20,000 nt of DNA from positions 1,483,777 through 1,503,776 of the forward strand of contig CP060756.1 of NCBI GenBank assembly GCA_023205875.1, read 5' to 3'. Both the position numbers and the translations under genes were made by a program. The notes under the pieces were generated by a model that saw nothing but the letters and a program-made list of their open reading frames with translations, did not search any database and had not been told where the DNA came from. Shown here one piece after another: positions 9,557 through 18,402 of the stretch. This DNA is from Chloropicon primus (lineage: Eukaryota). The number at the start of each line of letters is the position of its first letter. Position 1 is the first letter of the stretch.

Positions 9557-9762
9557 GGCTGGGCGATTTGCGCGCGTTCGCGTCGTGTGTTCACAATTTT
9601 AGTTTTATTGATCATCTTCGTCGTGGGGGGATGTCTCCACCACCCTTTTGTACTTTTACACTTAACGTAACGTAAGACTTATTTGATAACTCCTCCATCA
9701 TCATTATAAATATAAATCCACACTTTACTTTGTGCGTGCAAATCTTTGCGATTGGTTCGCTC

Positions 9763-10650
9763 CTACACCCGCTTCTGCTTCTTCTTGCCAAAGTCCAGGG
9801 CGTGATGCCCGGCCAAGAACAGCAACTCACTGAAAAGGCTCAAGGCGTACGGAAGAAGGACGAAGGAGTACATCGTCCTCGGGACAACCTTATCCACGAA
9901 GACGCCCTTGATCAAAAAGCAGGACACGATGGCCTTGTTGCAGAGGAGCATGTAGGCCACCAGGTTCTTCCCCTGCCTCAAGCCAGGCACAACGTACACG
10001 AAGACCACCGCCTGGCAGCCGAAGAAGATCTTCGAGAAGGGGGCCACCCTTGTGCCGCTGCACCCCGGCAGGAGGACGTCCGTGCTCACAAAGGACAGCA
10101 CGTACAGGTACACCGCAAAGAAGTAACACTCGAATTCAAGGAGCCTGGACATGGTCGACCTGTCTGCAGCCTCAGGAACGTTCCACAAAATCTTTCTGGA
10201 CTCCTTGGGAATGGCCCAGAACTCCTCTCGCAGCAGCCGCAGCTTGTACAGGATTCCACCAAAGTCCACAGGAAAAATAATGAGCGTGAGGTACTGGGCC
10301 GGCGTCAGAGCCAGGCGGAACGCCAGTATGACCCCACTTGACATTGTCAAGAAGGAACCGTACACGCTCTCCAGATGTTTGGGGATCAGGAGGTACCCAA
10401 GCCCGATGCAGGAGGGGCAGAGCCAGAACATGGCCAGGAGCGTCCTCTCCAGAGGGTTGAGTGGCGGGTCCTCCAGCTGCATCCATAGCTTGCTCACGTA
10501 GTGTGGCTTGGCCTCGCTCCCGTAGAGTGCGAGGTAGGCAAAGTAGGCGCCGGCGAAGAGATAATTGAACCCCTGCAGCACGTGAAATCTGAGGAGCTTG
10601 GAAGACTGAGTCTTTGCCAAATGGTCGGGGTCTTTGATTTCGTTCCCCAT
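9763..10650 (-). CDS. 295-aa ~8-TM membrane protein (stand-alone module A), paralog of the fusion N-terminus
   Basis: First 249 codons appear identical to fusion 2, followed by a diverged but still alignable last helix (VVPRTMYSFVLLPY vs VIPNTMGAWVLLPY) and the tail GKKKQKRV-stop. Confidence 0.75.
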   Translation of the reverse strand: MGNEIKDPDHLAKTQSSKLLRFHVLQGFNYLFAGAYFAYLALYGSEAKPHYVSKLWMQLEDPPLNPLERTLLAMFWLCPSCIGLGYLLIPKHLESVYGSFLTMSSGVILAFRLALTPAQYLTLIIFPVDFGGILYKLRLLREEFWAIPKESRKILWNVPEAADRSTMSRLLEFECYFFAVYLYVLSFVSTDVLLPGCSGTRVAPFSKIFFGCQAVVFVYVVPGLRQGKNLVAYMLLCNKAIVSCFLIKGVFVDKVVPRTMYSFVLLPYALSLFSELLFLAGHHALDFGKKKQKRV

Positions 10651-11826
10651 CTTTTGTCTCTCTTTGTGTGTGTGTGAGCCCCTAACCCCCTACTGTCCTG
10701 CACACCCAGGGAGGTGAAAGAGAGGAAAGAGGTGTCCTCCGGAGAGAAAGGTGTTCCCGCGAATTTTGACGATTCCCGCGAATTTTTTTGACGATTCATG
10801 GGACCTCGTCTGTTCATGTGACTCGTCGAACGAGGGTGCTACCCTAGCAACGAAAAAGGTGCGAGTTGTCGGGGAGGAGCGAGGGAAGGGTGTGGGGTGG
10901 ATTGAGGGCGAGGGTAGGGGTCTCAGGCCTCAACGACGAGGACCAACGACACTGTCTGTGGACCAGTGGGATGAAGGTACAGGAGGAGCGAAACCGCTAG
11001 GACAACCAATCACAAGATAAAGGGCAGACCTCTATAAGAGAAAAACAAGCACGCACGCACGCGCAAAGAGAAACAAAAGATGGGGAACGAAATCAAAGAC
11101 CCCGACCATTTGGCAAAGACTCAGTCTTCCAAGCTCCTCAGATTTCACGTGCTGCAGGGGTTCAATTATCTCTTCGCCGGCGCCTACTTTGCCTACCTCG
11201 CACTCTACGGGAGCGAGGCCAAGCCACACTACGTGAGCAAGCTATGGATGCAGCTGGAGGACCCGCCACTCAACCCTCTGGAGAGGACGCTCCTGGCCAT
11301 GTTCTGGCTCTGCCCCTCCTGCATCGGGCTTGGGTACCTCCTGATCCCCAAACATCTGGAGAGCGTGTACGGTTCCTTCTTGACAATGTCAAGTGGGGTC
11401 ATACTGGCGTTCCGCCTGGCTCTGACGCCGGCCCAGTACCTCACGCTCATTATTTTTCCTGTGGACTTTGGTGGAATCCTGTACAAGCTGCGGCTGCTGC
11501 GAGAGGAGTTCTGGGCCATTCCCAAGGAGTCCAGAAAGATTTTGTGGAACGTTCCTGAGGCTGCAGACAGGTCGACCATGTCCAGGCTCCTTGAATTCGA
11601 GTGTTACTTCTTTGCGGTGTACCTGTACGTGCTGTCCTTTGTGAGCACGGACGTCCTCCTGCCGGGGTGCAGCGGCACAAGGGTGGCCCCCTTCTCGAAG
11701 ATCTTCTTCGGCTGCCAGGCGGTGGTCTTCGTGTACGTTGTGCCTGGCTTGAGGCAGGGGAAGAACCTGGTGGCCTACATGCTCCTCTGCAACAAGGCCA
11801 TCGTGTCCTGCTTTTTGATCAAGGGC
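9904..11826. repeat. Long inverted repeat: arms 9904..10666 and 11064..11826, ~397-bp spacer
   Basis: Arms are reverse complements (coordinates sum to 21730). One mismatch seen in the 5' UTR part (10658/11072). Confidence 0.92.
10667..11063. promoter_or_regulatory. Putative bidirectional promoter between the module A gene and fusion 2
   Basis: Head-to-head ATGs at 10650 and 11080. Tandem TTCCCGCGAATTTT(TTT)GACGA at 10754-10797, CCAAT at 11006-11010, TATAA at 11033-11037. Confidence 0.45.
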
Positions 11827-14800
11827 ATCTTCTTTGACGGCGTGATTCCCAACACGATGGGCGCCTGGGTCCTGCTGCCGTACGTGACGACCTTGGCCTT
11901 TGAGTTCCACCTGCTCCTGTGGAAGAGAGTGATGCGGTATTCCATATTTTCTCGCTACGTGACCAGAAGGCAAGCTTCGAGCGCAAAGTACTTCAGCATG
12001 CTGTTCGCCGTGCTCATCGTCACGTTATCCAATACGTGGTACATCTGCACGGGGAGCGGGCTGGCCTCGATCAGCAAGACGTACGGAAGTTTCCTTGACA
12101 GACTGGCTTTCCTTCCCGGCACGGACGAGAACGCGGATAGAGTGCGCTTCCTCGACGCGATGCTTGCTGGCGTCCTCTTCTTGTTTGTGATAGCGCTGGA
12201 GGAGGTGTTGGCGAAGAAGAACACGGCGAGGGTCGTATCCAGGATCCACTTTGTGCTCACCATTGGCGCCTTTACCTTTTCCATCATGTTCAAAGTGTTC
12301 TGCAATTTGGACGTCAAGTCGAGTTGGCACGGCACCGTGGCTGCCTCTGATCACAGGGTTGGGATGCATTGCATCTACTGGGTTGTGAACGCGTTCCTGC
12401 GCGTGGCGTTTCCCCTTGCTTGCTTGTTCGTTCTCTGCAACGTGGATGGGCCCATCAGCTCTTGGACGATCTCGATGAAGGGGCCCAAGAAGACAAAGTC
12501 CCGCCTCGCGAGCACGATTGTGGTTCAAAACACCGTCAGGACGGCAATCAAGAGGACTATGATCTTCCACGGCATGAGCATGATGATGTTTGCCTCTTTG
12601 GCCAGCACGCTGTTCACGTCTGGCTTGCCCACCTTCTTCCCCAACGACAGCATTTTTGGTGGGCACTACATCATCAAGCCCTTGGTGCCTCACAGCGTCG
12701 ACTCGCAGCGCTCTCTGTTTTACGTCGGTCTTGTGATTGCGTTTGTTACGGTTATCATGGGGAGCGCCCTGGCGACCATCGACGGCAGGGCACTGCCAGT
12801 GGCCCAGTTTTTGAGCGCGGTGTGGCCACTCTCTGCTTGGGCGTTCTTGCTCGATTCCTGGATTTCTTTGGCGTATCAGAGGGGCAGCAAGCTCCACCAC
12901 TACTTTGAACCCCTTTTCAGGGGCTCCATGGTCGTGAACTCCGAGCATATGACCTCCATAGCGGTGGTGGGCATGGGCACCGCCGCGCTGAGCCTGATGG
13001 TTGTGCTCTTCCTGAGGGTGAGGAGCGTCTCCGTGTACAACAGGAAAGTTCAGGCCCCCTCTGATTTTGCTGAGGAGCTCTCCCACTCGCACAAGCAGTC
13101 GTACATCTTCCACAGCAGCGTCCTGGTCTTCTCTGCGAGCGTCTTCATGCTGAGGTCTTGCAAGTACGCCGACACGAGCAGCGTGGGTGCCATCTTCAAG
13201 GATTACTTGTTCGATGACATCGTGGCTTGCCTGACGATGATGAACTTCGGCTTTGTGATTTACGAGTGCAAGGAGGGGCTGCATCACCGGAGTTTCTTGT
13301 CCAAGGTCACGTCACTGAAAACGGCGTGGATCCTTTCGGGTTACGTGTTGTTTTCGGCCAACAAGGCTCTGGGATACTTTGGTTTCTCCGACACGAGGAT
13401 CGAGATGGTTTACTTGGTTTCGTACGTTGTGTACAACATTGTGATCCAGTTCCAGTCCGCTCGAGCTGTGGTCGAGGCGATCTACTTCATCCGCCCGAGC
13501 TTCAACTCCAACCTTCCTGCGATCCTCAAGTCCTTCAATGCTTTGAGCAGGAGTCAGACAGAAGATGTGGACATTGCCCTGCTTCAGGTGAATGTTTCCA
13601 GTGCCAAAGCCAAAGATTATTTCACAGGAAAGTTGACAAAGGGTAATCCAAACTGGAAGAACAACTGGGCCAAGCACTACATCGAGAACTTCGGGGAGAA
13701 TGTCTATAATGATGCCACAGCAAAGGAATTTCCTATTCCAATGCCTCCTCCAGATGAATCTGACCTGAAGAAGCAGCAAGGAAAAGCTGCTTTGACGTTC
13801 TTGGTGGCGGCATCAATCTTTCGAAGAAGGCCTACCCACCCCGTGGGCGTTGGTGCTTATGGCATGTTCGAAGTCCTCGACAATGAGAACGTTCCTCCAA
13901 CGGAGTTCTTTGTTCCTGGTAAAATCTTCCACCTTCGTGCAAGGCATTCGAACGGCGTGGGCGTGCAGACAAAGGAGAAGCCAAAGAAATTCGATGACGC
14001 TGCATTGGAGGTCAGGAGTCTTTCCATCAAGCTGGCAAAGGGAAGGGACGACAGCCCATTCGACCTCAATCTGAACACTGGCGAATTTGCGGGCTTTTAC
14101 AACTTGCCCTCTTTCAGGGACTTCGTCTACATGAGCACGATGAATGACCAAAAACTGTTTGACAAGTTTGCTGTGAAGTATCCATCGTGCTTGATGGCAG
14201 AGGTTGATGGCTTCAGGCGCGCCCCAGAAACCTTCGCGCAGCTTCATTACTACTCTCAGACCTGCAGGAGCTTCAACGGCCTGGATGGAAAGAGAAGATA
14301 CTGCAAGTTCAGGGCCGTTCCGTATGGCAAGGGACCTTTCACTGAAGTTGAGGCGGAGCCATTTATGCCTGACGACGACGATCAGAAGCGAATTGTCACA
14401 AAGCCCATGATGTCGCACCACAGGTTGGATGACGAGAAGAGGCCGACGGACTACTTGAGAACTGAGTTCAAGAACAGGGTGACAAACGAGGTCGTGAGGT
14501 ACAGGTTGCAGATCCAGCTGCACGAGTGGCAGGCCAATGACACCGACGAGGTCTTCAATGCAAACAAGGCCTGGGGAACGCCTTTCCACGACATTGGCAT
14601 CATCACCTTGCACACGCCGATGAACGACTACGAGACGGAGCAGACCTCCTTCAACATCGGGAACTGCCCAAGGTGCATCTCTTTGGTGAAGCCCAAGAGC
14701 GCTTTCGATTACCACACCATTAACTGGACAAGAAAGGCGGTGTACGGCAAGTCCTCAAGGATCAGGAGGTACTTCTCGAAGAAGAAGTCTCCTTCCTTTG

Positions 14801-16845
14801 TGAGCCCGTGCCGTTACATCCTGGACTTCCACACCTCCCACGTCGTTTTTAGCGGCATGGATGGTAACGTGCAGGTCACGCTCGTTGGAACCAAGGGCTC
14901 GACGACAGAAATTTTCCTTGAGAACAGCGCCTATGACTTCGAGGTTGACACGGTCAGCAGGTTTGTGGTGTACGACGAGGACATTGGAGATCCCTTGTAC
15001 ATGTTCGTCACTCACGACGCCGACGAGACTTGGAAGAGGAAGCTCTACAACCTCGACTTCATGATACCGAACAAGTGGAACCTCGGCAAGGTCCAGGTCT
15101 CGAGCAAGAGCCCCATATACGGCGACAAGAAGACCAACTTTTACGTCTGGCGCTGGATGAGCAAAGGCGAGCTCGTTTTTGCCATCGCGGACAACATCCC
15201 GGAGGACGACCCCAAGGTGAAGTCCATCCTGCCGCAGCTGCTGGACAAGTACTTCCAGAACAAGAAGTCGATTTACGACTGGAGCTCTGGGGACTATCTG
15301 CCAAACCACTTGTCCGCCAAGGGACACGGCGACCTCCCTGAGGAGGAGCAATTCTCTTCCATGAAGCTCAAGGATTTTGCCGTGTCCGCCATCGAGGGTC
15401 TGAAGAATCAGAAGCTTGTCGGTTTGTACTTCCAAGAAGAGAGCTTCAAGTCCTTGGACGAGTACTACAAGTGCCTGCAGACGCTTCCCCCGTTTCCCCC
15501 CATCGAGAACTGGCACACGGATGAGGAGTTTGGAAGGCAGCTGATGAACGGGACGCATCCTGTCATGTTCATGAGGTGCAGCAAGATCCCGGAAAACTTC
15601 AAGGTCAACGACGTGGTTCTGGAGGGCCTCCTTCCGGCGGGCAAGACCCTGCGGCAGGAGCTGGACGCGGGGCACATCTTCATTATCGACTACAAGGTGC
15701 TGGAGGACATACCTTGCGCGCCCGGTCGGTACTGCTCGTCCGGGCTGGGCCTGCTCCACGCGGACGGGAAGAACTCCTTGAAGCCGATAGCGATCCAGCT
15801 TCACCAGGACGGGGGAGCGATTTGGACTCCCAAGGACAAGCCACTGCAGTGGCTCCTGGCCAAGCTGCACCTTATTTGTGCGGATGGCAACATCCACGAG
15901 ATGGTGACCCACCTCTTCTCCTGCCATCTCGTGATGGAGCCTTGGGCGGTGGCCTTGGAGAGGAATGTGCCCAGCTACCACCCCGTGTTCAGGATGCTGA
16001 AGCCCAACCTGGCTTACACGATCGCGATCAACACGATCGGCAGGAACACCTTGATCGCCAAGGACGGGGTGAGCGACAAGATCCTGTCCATCGGCCAAGG
16101 CGGCCACATCGAGATCATGGCCAAGGCGTACACCTACTTTCAGATGTACCACCTTGACCTGCCCGAGATGCTGGAGAGGAGGGGCGTGATGGACAAGGAC
16201 GTCCTGCCGAGCTACTACTGGAGGGACGACTCCATGGAGATCTGGGGGGCATATCACAAATACGCCAAGGCCGTCCTCACCGCGCACTACGACGGGAAGG
16301 ACTCGGGGGTCAGGCGGGACGCGTTTGTGCAGAACTTGATAAGGGACGTGAAGTTCAACGGGTATTACAACGAGGATCCCGACTACCACGGGGTCCCGGA
16401 CAGCGTGGACACCATAGAGCAGCTGGCGAAGCTCTGCACTTGCGTGCTTTTCCAGACCTCGTGCATGCACGGCTCCGTGAACTTCAGTCAGTACGACTAC
16501 TACTCGTACGTCCCCAACAGGCCCCTGACGATGAGGCAGCCTGTGCCGAGGGAGAAGATCGAGGTGGACGAGGACCTCATCTGCAAGAACCTGCCAGACG
16601 CCAAGGGCTGCGCGAGGAGCATCGCGGCGGTGTGGGCCCTCTCCCAGTTCTCCGACGAGGAGGTCTTCCTGGGTTACTCCAAGATGGTGACCATGGACCT
16701 CCCCTACCAGAAGAGGGCCATCGACGAGTTCAGGAAGGACCTCAAGGCGATCGAGGCCAAGATCGTGGCAAGGAACGAGGGCCTCGGCAAGTTCGGGTAC
16801 ACCTACCTCCAGCCCTCCAGGGTGCCGACCAGCATCGCCATCTGA
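11080..16845 (+). CDS. Fusion 2 (1921 aa): multi-TM domain + intact catalase-related AOS/HPL domain + PLAT + lipoxygenase
   Basis: Uninterrupted ORF. RRPTH (H920), RHSN, LNTGE (N999) and RKAVY (R1218/Y1222) match the coral cAOS motifs as I recall them. PLAT lies at ~14810-15190. The LOX has HEMVTHLFSCHLVMEP, YYWRDD, MHGSVNF and C-terminal TSIAI. Confidence 0.95.
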   Translation: MGNEIKDPDHLAKTQSSKLLRFHVLQGFNYLFAGAYFAYLALYGSEAKPHYVSKLWMQLEDPPLNPLERTLLAMFWLCPSCIGLGYLLIPKHLESVYGSFLTMSSGVILAFRLALTPAQYLTLIIFPVDFGGILYKLRLLREEFWAIPKESRKILWNVPEAADRSTMSRLLEFECYFFAVYLYVLSFVSTDVLLPGCSGTRVAPFSKIFFGCQAVVFVYVVPGLRQGKNLVAYMLLCNKAIVSCFLIKGIFFDGVIPNTMGAWVLLPYVTTLAFEFHLLLWKRVMRYSIFSRYVTRRQASSAKYFSMLFAVLIVTLSNTWYICTGSGLASISKTYGSFLDRLAFLPGTDENADRVRFLDAMLAGVLFLFVIALEEVLAKKNTARVVSRIHFVLTIGAFTFSIMFKVFCNLDVKSSWHGTVAASDHRVGMHCIYWVVNAFLRVAFPLACLFVLCNVDGPISSWTISMKGPKKTKSRLASTIVVQNTVRTAIKRTMIFHGMSMMMFASLASTLFTSGLPTFFPNDSIFGGHYIIKPLVPHSVDSQRSLFYVGLVIAFVTVIMGSALATIDGRALPVAQFLSAVWPLSAWAFLLDSWISLAYQRGSKLHHYFEPLFRGSMVVNSEHMTSIAVVGMGTAALSLMVVLFLRVRSVSVYNRKVQAPSDFAEELSHSHKQSYIFHSSVLVFSASVFMLRSCKYADTSSVGAIFKDYLFDDIVACLTMMNFGFVIYECKEGLHHRSFLSKVTSLKTAWILSGYVLFSANKALGYFGFSDTRIEMVYLVSYVVYNIVIQFQSARAVVEAIYFIRPSFNSNLPAILKSFNALSRSQTEDVDIALLQVNVSSAKAKDYFTGKLTKGNPNWKNNWAKHYIENFGENVYNDATAKEFPIPMPPPDESDLKKQQGKAALTFLVAASIFRRRPTHPVGVGAYGMFEVLDNENVPPTEFFVPGKIFHLRARHSNGVGVQTKEKPKKFDDAALEVRSLSIKLAKGRDDSPFDLNLNTGEFAGFYNLPSFRDFVYMSTMNDQKLFDKFAVKYPSCLMAEVDGFRRAPETFAQLHYYSQTCRSFNGLDGKRRYCKFRAVPYGKGPFTEVEAEPFMPDDDDQKRIVTKPMMSHHRLDDEKRPTDYLRTEFKNRVTNEVVRYRLQIQLHEWQANDTDEVFNANKAWGTPFHDIGIITLHTPMNDYETEQTSFNIGNCPRCISLVKPKSAFDYHTINWTRKAVYGKSSRIRRYFSKKKSPSFVSPCRYILDFHTSHVVFSGMDGNVQVTLVGTKGSTTEIFLENSAYDFEVDTVSRFVVYDEDIGDPLYMFVTHDADETWKRKLYNLDFMIPNKWNLGKVQVSSKSPIYGDKKTNFYVWRWMSKGELVFAIADNIPEDDPKVKSILPQLLDKYFQNKKSIYDWSSGDYLPNHLSAKGHGDLPEEEQFSSMKLKDFAVSAIEGLKNQKLVGLYFQEESFKSLDEYYKCLQTLPPFPPIENWHTDEEFGRQLMNGTHPVMFMRCSKIPENFKVNDVVLEGLLPAGKTLRQELDAGHIFIIDYKVLEDIPCAPGRYCSSGLGLLHADGKNSLKPIAIQLHQDGGAIWTPKDKPLQWLLAKLHLICADGNIHEMVTHLFSCHLVMEPWAVALERNVPSYHPVFRMLKPNLAYTIAINTIGRNTLIAKDGVSDKILSIGQGGHIEIMAKAYTYFQMYHLDLPEMLERRGVMDKDVLPSYYWRDDSMEIWGAYHKYAKAVLTAHYDGKDSGVRRDAFVQNLIRDVKFNGYYNEDPDYHGVPDSVDTIEQLAKLCTCVLFQTSCMHGSVNFSQYDYYSYVPNRPLTMRQPVPREKIEVDEDLICKNLPDAKGCARSIAAVWALSQFSDEEVFLGYSKMVTMDLPYQKRAIDEFRKDLKAIEAKIVARNEGLGKFGYTYLQPSRVPTSIAI
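11135..13573 (+). repeat. 2439-bp direct repeat copy 2
   Basis: Matches 3873..6311; identity ends abruptly after GATGTGGACA. Confidence 0.92.
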
Positions 16846-17109
16846 TGATGGGAACGCGAGGGCCTCAAAGACCATTACAGTCCATTTTTTTTTTTTTTTT
16901 GTGTGTGTGTTAAGGATATACTTTCTTGAGACAAAGCCCTGCATCGTCCCTTTGTTGTCGCATTCTCTCCCCTTCCCCTTCTCCTTCTCCTGATCTCCTG
17001 CTCCTGCTCCTGATCTCCTTTGATCTTTGATGTGGCGCCTCAGGAGCAACCCGGCTTCCCCCCGGTGGCCGTACTGGTACTGGTGGGAAGGAGGGACCCG
17101 TAGGGTGCC

Positions 17110-18402
17110 ATGGAGGTAGGCGGGGGAGGGACCACGCACCTCGGAGGCAAGAGGGACAGAAGGAGACTCGCTCTCGCATTCACACTCACACTCGCACGCC
17201 CCCGGGTGGAGTCCTTGGCGAGGACGAGAGCGAGAGCGAGAGCGAGAGCGAGTGGCCTCCCTGCAGGAGGTGCGAGGGAGAGGGAGGGCACGAGGAGGTC
17301 TTCGGGGGGTCCGTTCGAGGGACTCAGCCGCGTGGGCCTGGGGACGATGCTGTTCGGGACGACGACGGATAGGGAGGAGGCCTTCCGGCTCCTGGACCGG
17401 GCAGTGTCGCACCACGGCGTGAACCTCCTGGACACGGCGGAGATGTACCCCGTGCCACAGAGCGCGGGCACGCACGGGCTGAGCGAGGTCATCCTGGGGG
17501 ACTGGTTCAGCGCCAGGGTGGGGAGGGGGCGGGTCTTGCGCAGGGAGGACGTGGTCGTGGCCACGAAGGTCACCGGGCCGTCCGGCCAGATGCCTTGGAT
17601 CCGGGGAGGACCCGAGCGCCTGGACGCCGAGGCCATCATCGAGGCGTGCGAAGGGAGCCTGGCGCGGTTGGGCCTGGACCACGTGGACATCCTGCAGCTG
17701 CACTGGCCCGACAGGTACGTCCCCATGTTCGGCGAGTCGCTGTACAGGCCCGGGAGCAGGTACGAGGACCGCGTCCCCCTGGAGGAGCAGATGGAGGCCC
17801 TCGGGTCGCTGGTGAGGCAGGGGAAGGTCAGGAGGGTCGGCCTGAGCAACGAGACGCCCTGGGGGCTGACGAGGTGCTGCGACTTGAGCCGGTACGGCGG
17901 CTTCCCCAGGATTCACTACCTTCAGAACTCCTACAGCCTCCTCTGCAGGACGTTCGACTGCGGCGGCCTGGCGGAGTGCTGCTGGGAGGAGGGGGTGGAG
18001 CTCCTGGCCTACTCCCCGCTGGCCATGGGACTCCTCACGGGGAAGTACCTCCCACCGGAGGGCGAGGGGGCGGACCTCGGGGGCTGGGGCCCTCCCGGGG
18101 CCAGGCTGAACCTGTACAAGGGGAGGTACTCGGAAGCCGAGTCGAGGTACGAGAGGACCAGAGAGGTGACCAGGGCGGTTGCGAGGTACGGCGACCTGGC
18201 GGGGAGGCACGGGATGACGCTGACGGAGCTGGCCGTGAGGTTCGTGCTCTCGAACGAGCGCGTCGGGTGCGCGGTCCTTGGCGCGACGTCCTGCAGCCAG
18301 CTGGACGAGCTCCTTGACTACGCGGGGAGGGGCGCGCTGGACTCGAGGATACTGGACGAGATCGACGGCGTTCACAGGGCGGCTCCGAACCCAACTCCCT
18401 GA
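17110..18402 (+). CDS. Aldo-keto reductase, Tas-like
   Basis: GLGTM, LDTAEMYPVP, ATKV, LHWPDR (D/Y/K/H tetrad), GLSNETPWG, QNSYSLL and LLAYSPLAMGLLTGKY. The Arg/Ala-rich N-terminal extension may be a targeting peptide. Start codon is uncertain. Confidence 0.92.
   Translation: MEVGGGGTTHLGGKRDRRRLALAFTLTLARPRVESLARTRARARARASGLPAGGAREREGTRRSSGGPFEGLSRVGLGTMLFGTTTDREEAFRLLDRAVSHHGVNLLDTAEMYPVPQSAGTHGLSEVILGDWFSARVGRGRVLRREDVVVATKVTGPSGQMPWIRGGPERLDAEAIIEACEGSLARLGLDHVDILQLHWPDRYVPMFGESLYRPGSRYEDRVPLEEQMEALGSLVRQGKVRRVGLSNETPWGLTRCCDLSRYGGFPRIHYLQNSYSLLCRTFDCGGLAECCWEEGVELLAYSPLAMGLLTGKYLPPEGEGADLGGWGPPGARLNLYKGRYSEAESRYERTREVTRAVARYGDLAGRHGMTLTELAVRFVLSNERVGCAVLGATSCSQLDELLDYAGRGALDSRILDEIDGVHRAAPNPTP

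Noticed and set aside
9763..10650. Calling the 295-aa gene a truncated pseudogene
   Set aside because: It has an intact frame, a diverged but homologous final helix and a distinct KxKxx tail. Retained as a CDS, although expression is unproven.
9904..11826. Inverted repeats read as transposon or MITE termini
   Set aside because: The arms are coding sequence of the paralogs. No transposase or target-site duplication is visible.
13650..14780. Annotation as a true H2O2 catalase
   Set aside because: The Thr-His distal motif, short domain and fusion to PLAT-LOX indicate the fatty-acid hydroperoxide-metabolising cAOS/cHPL family.
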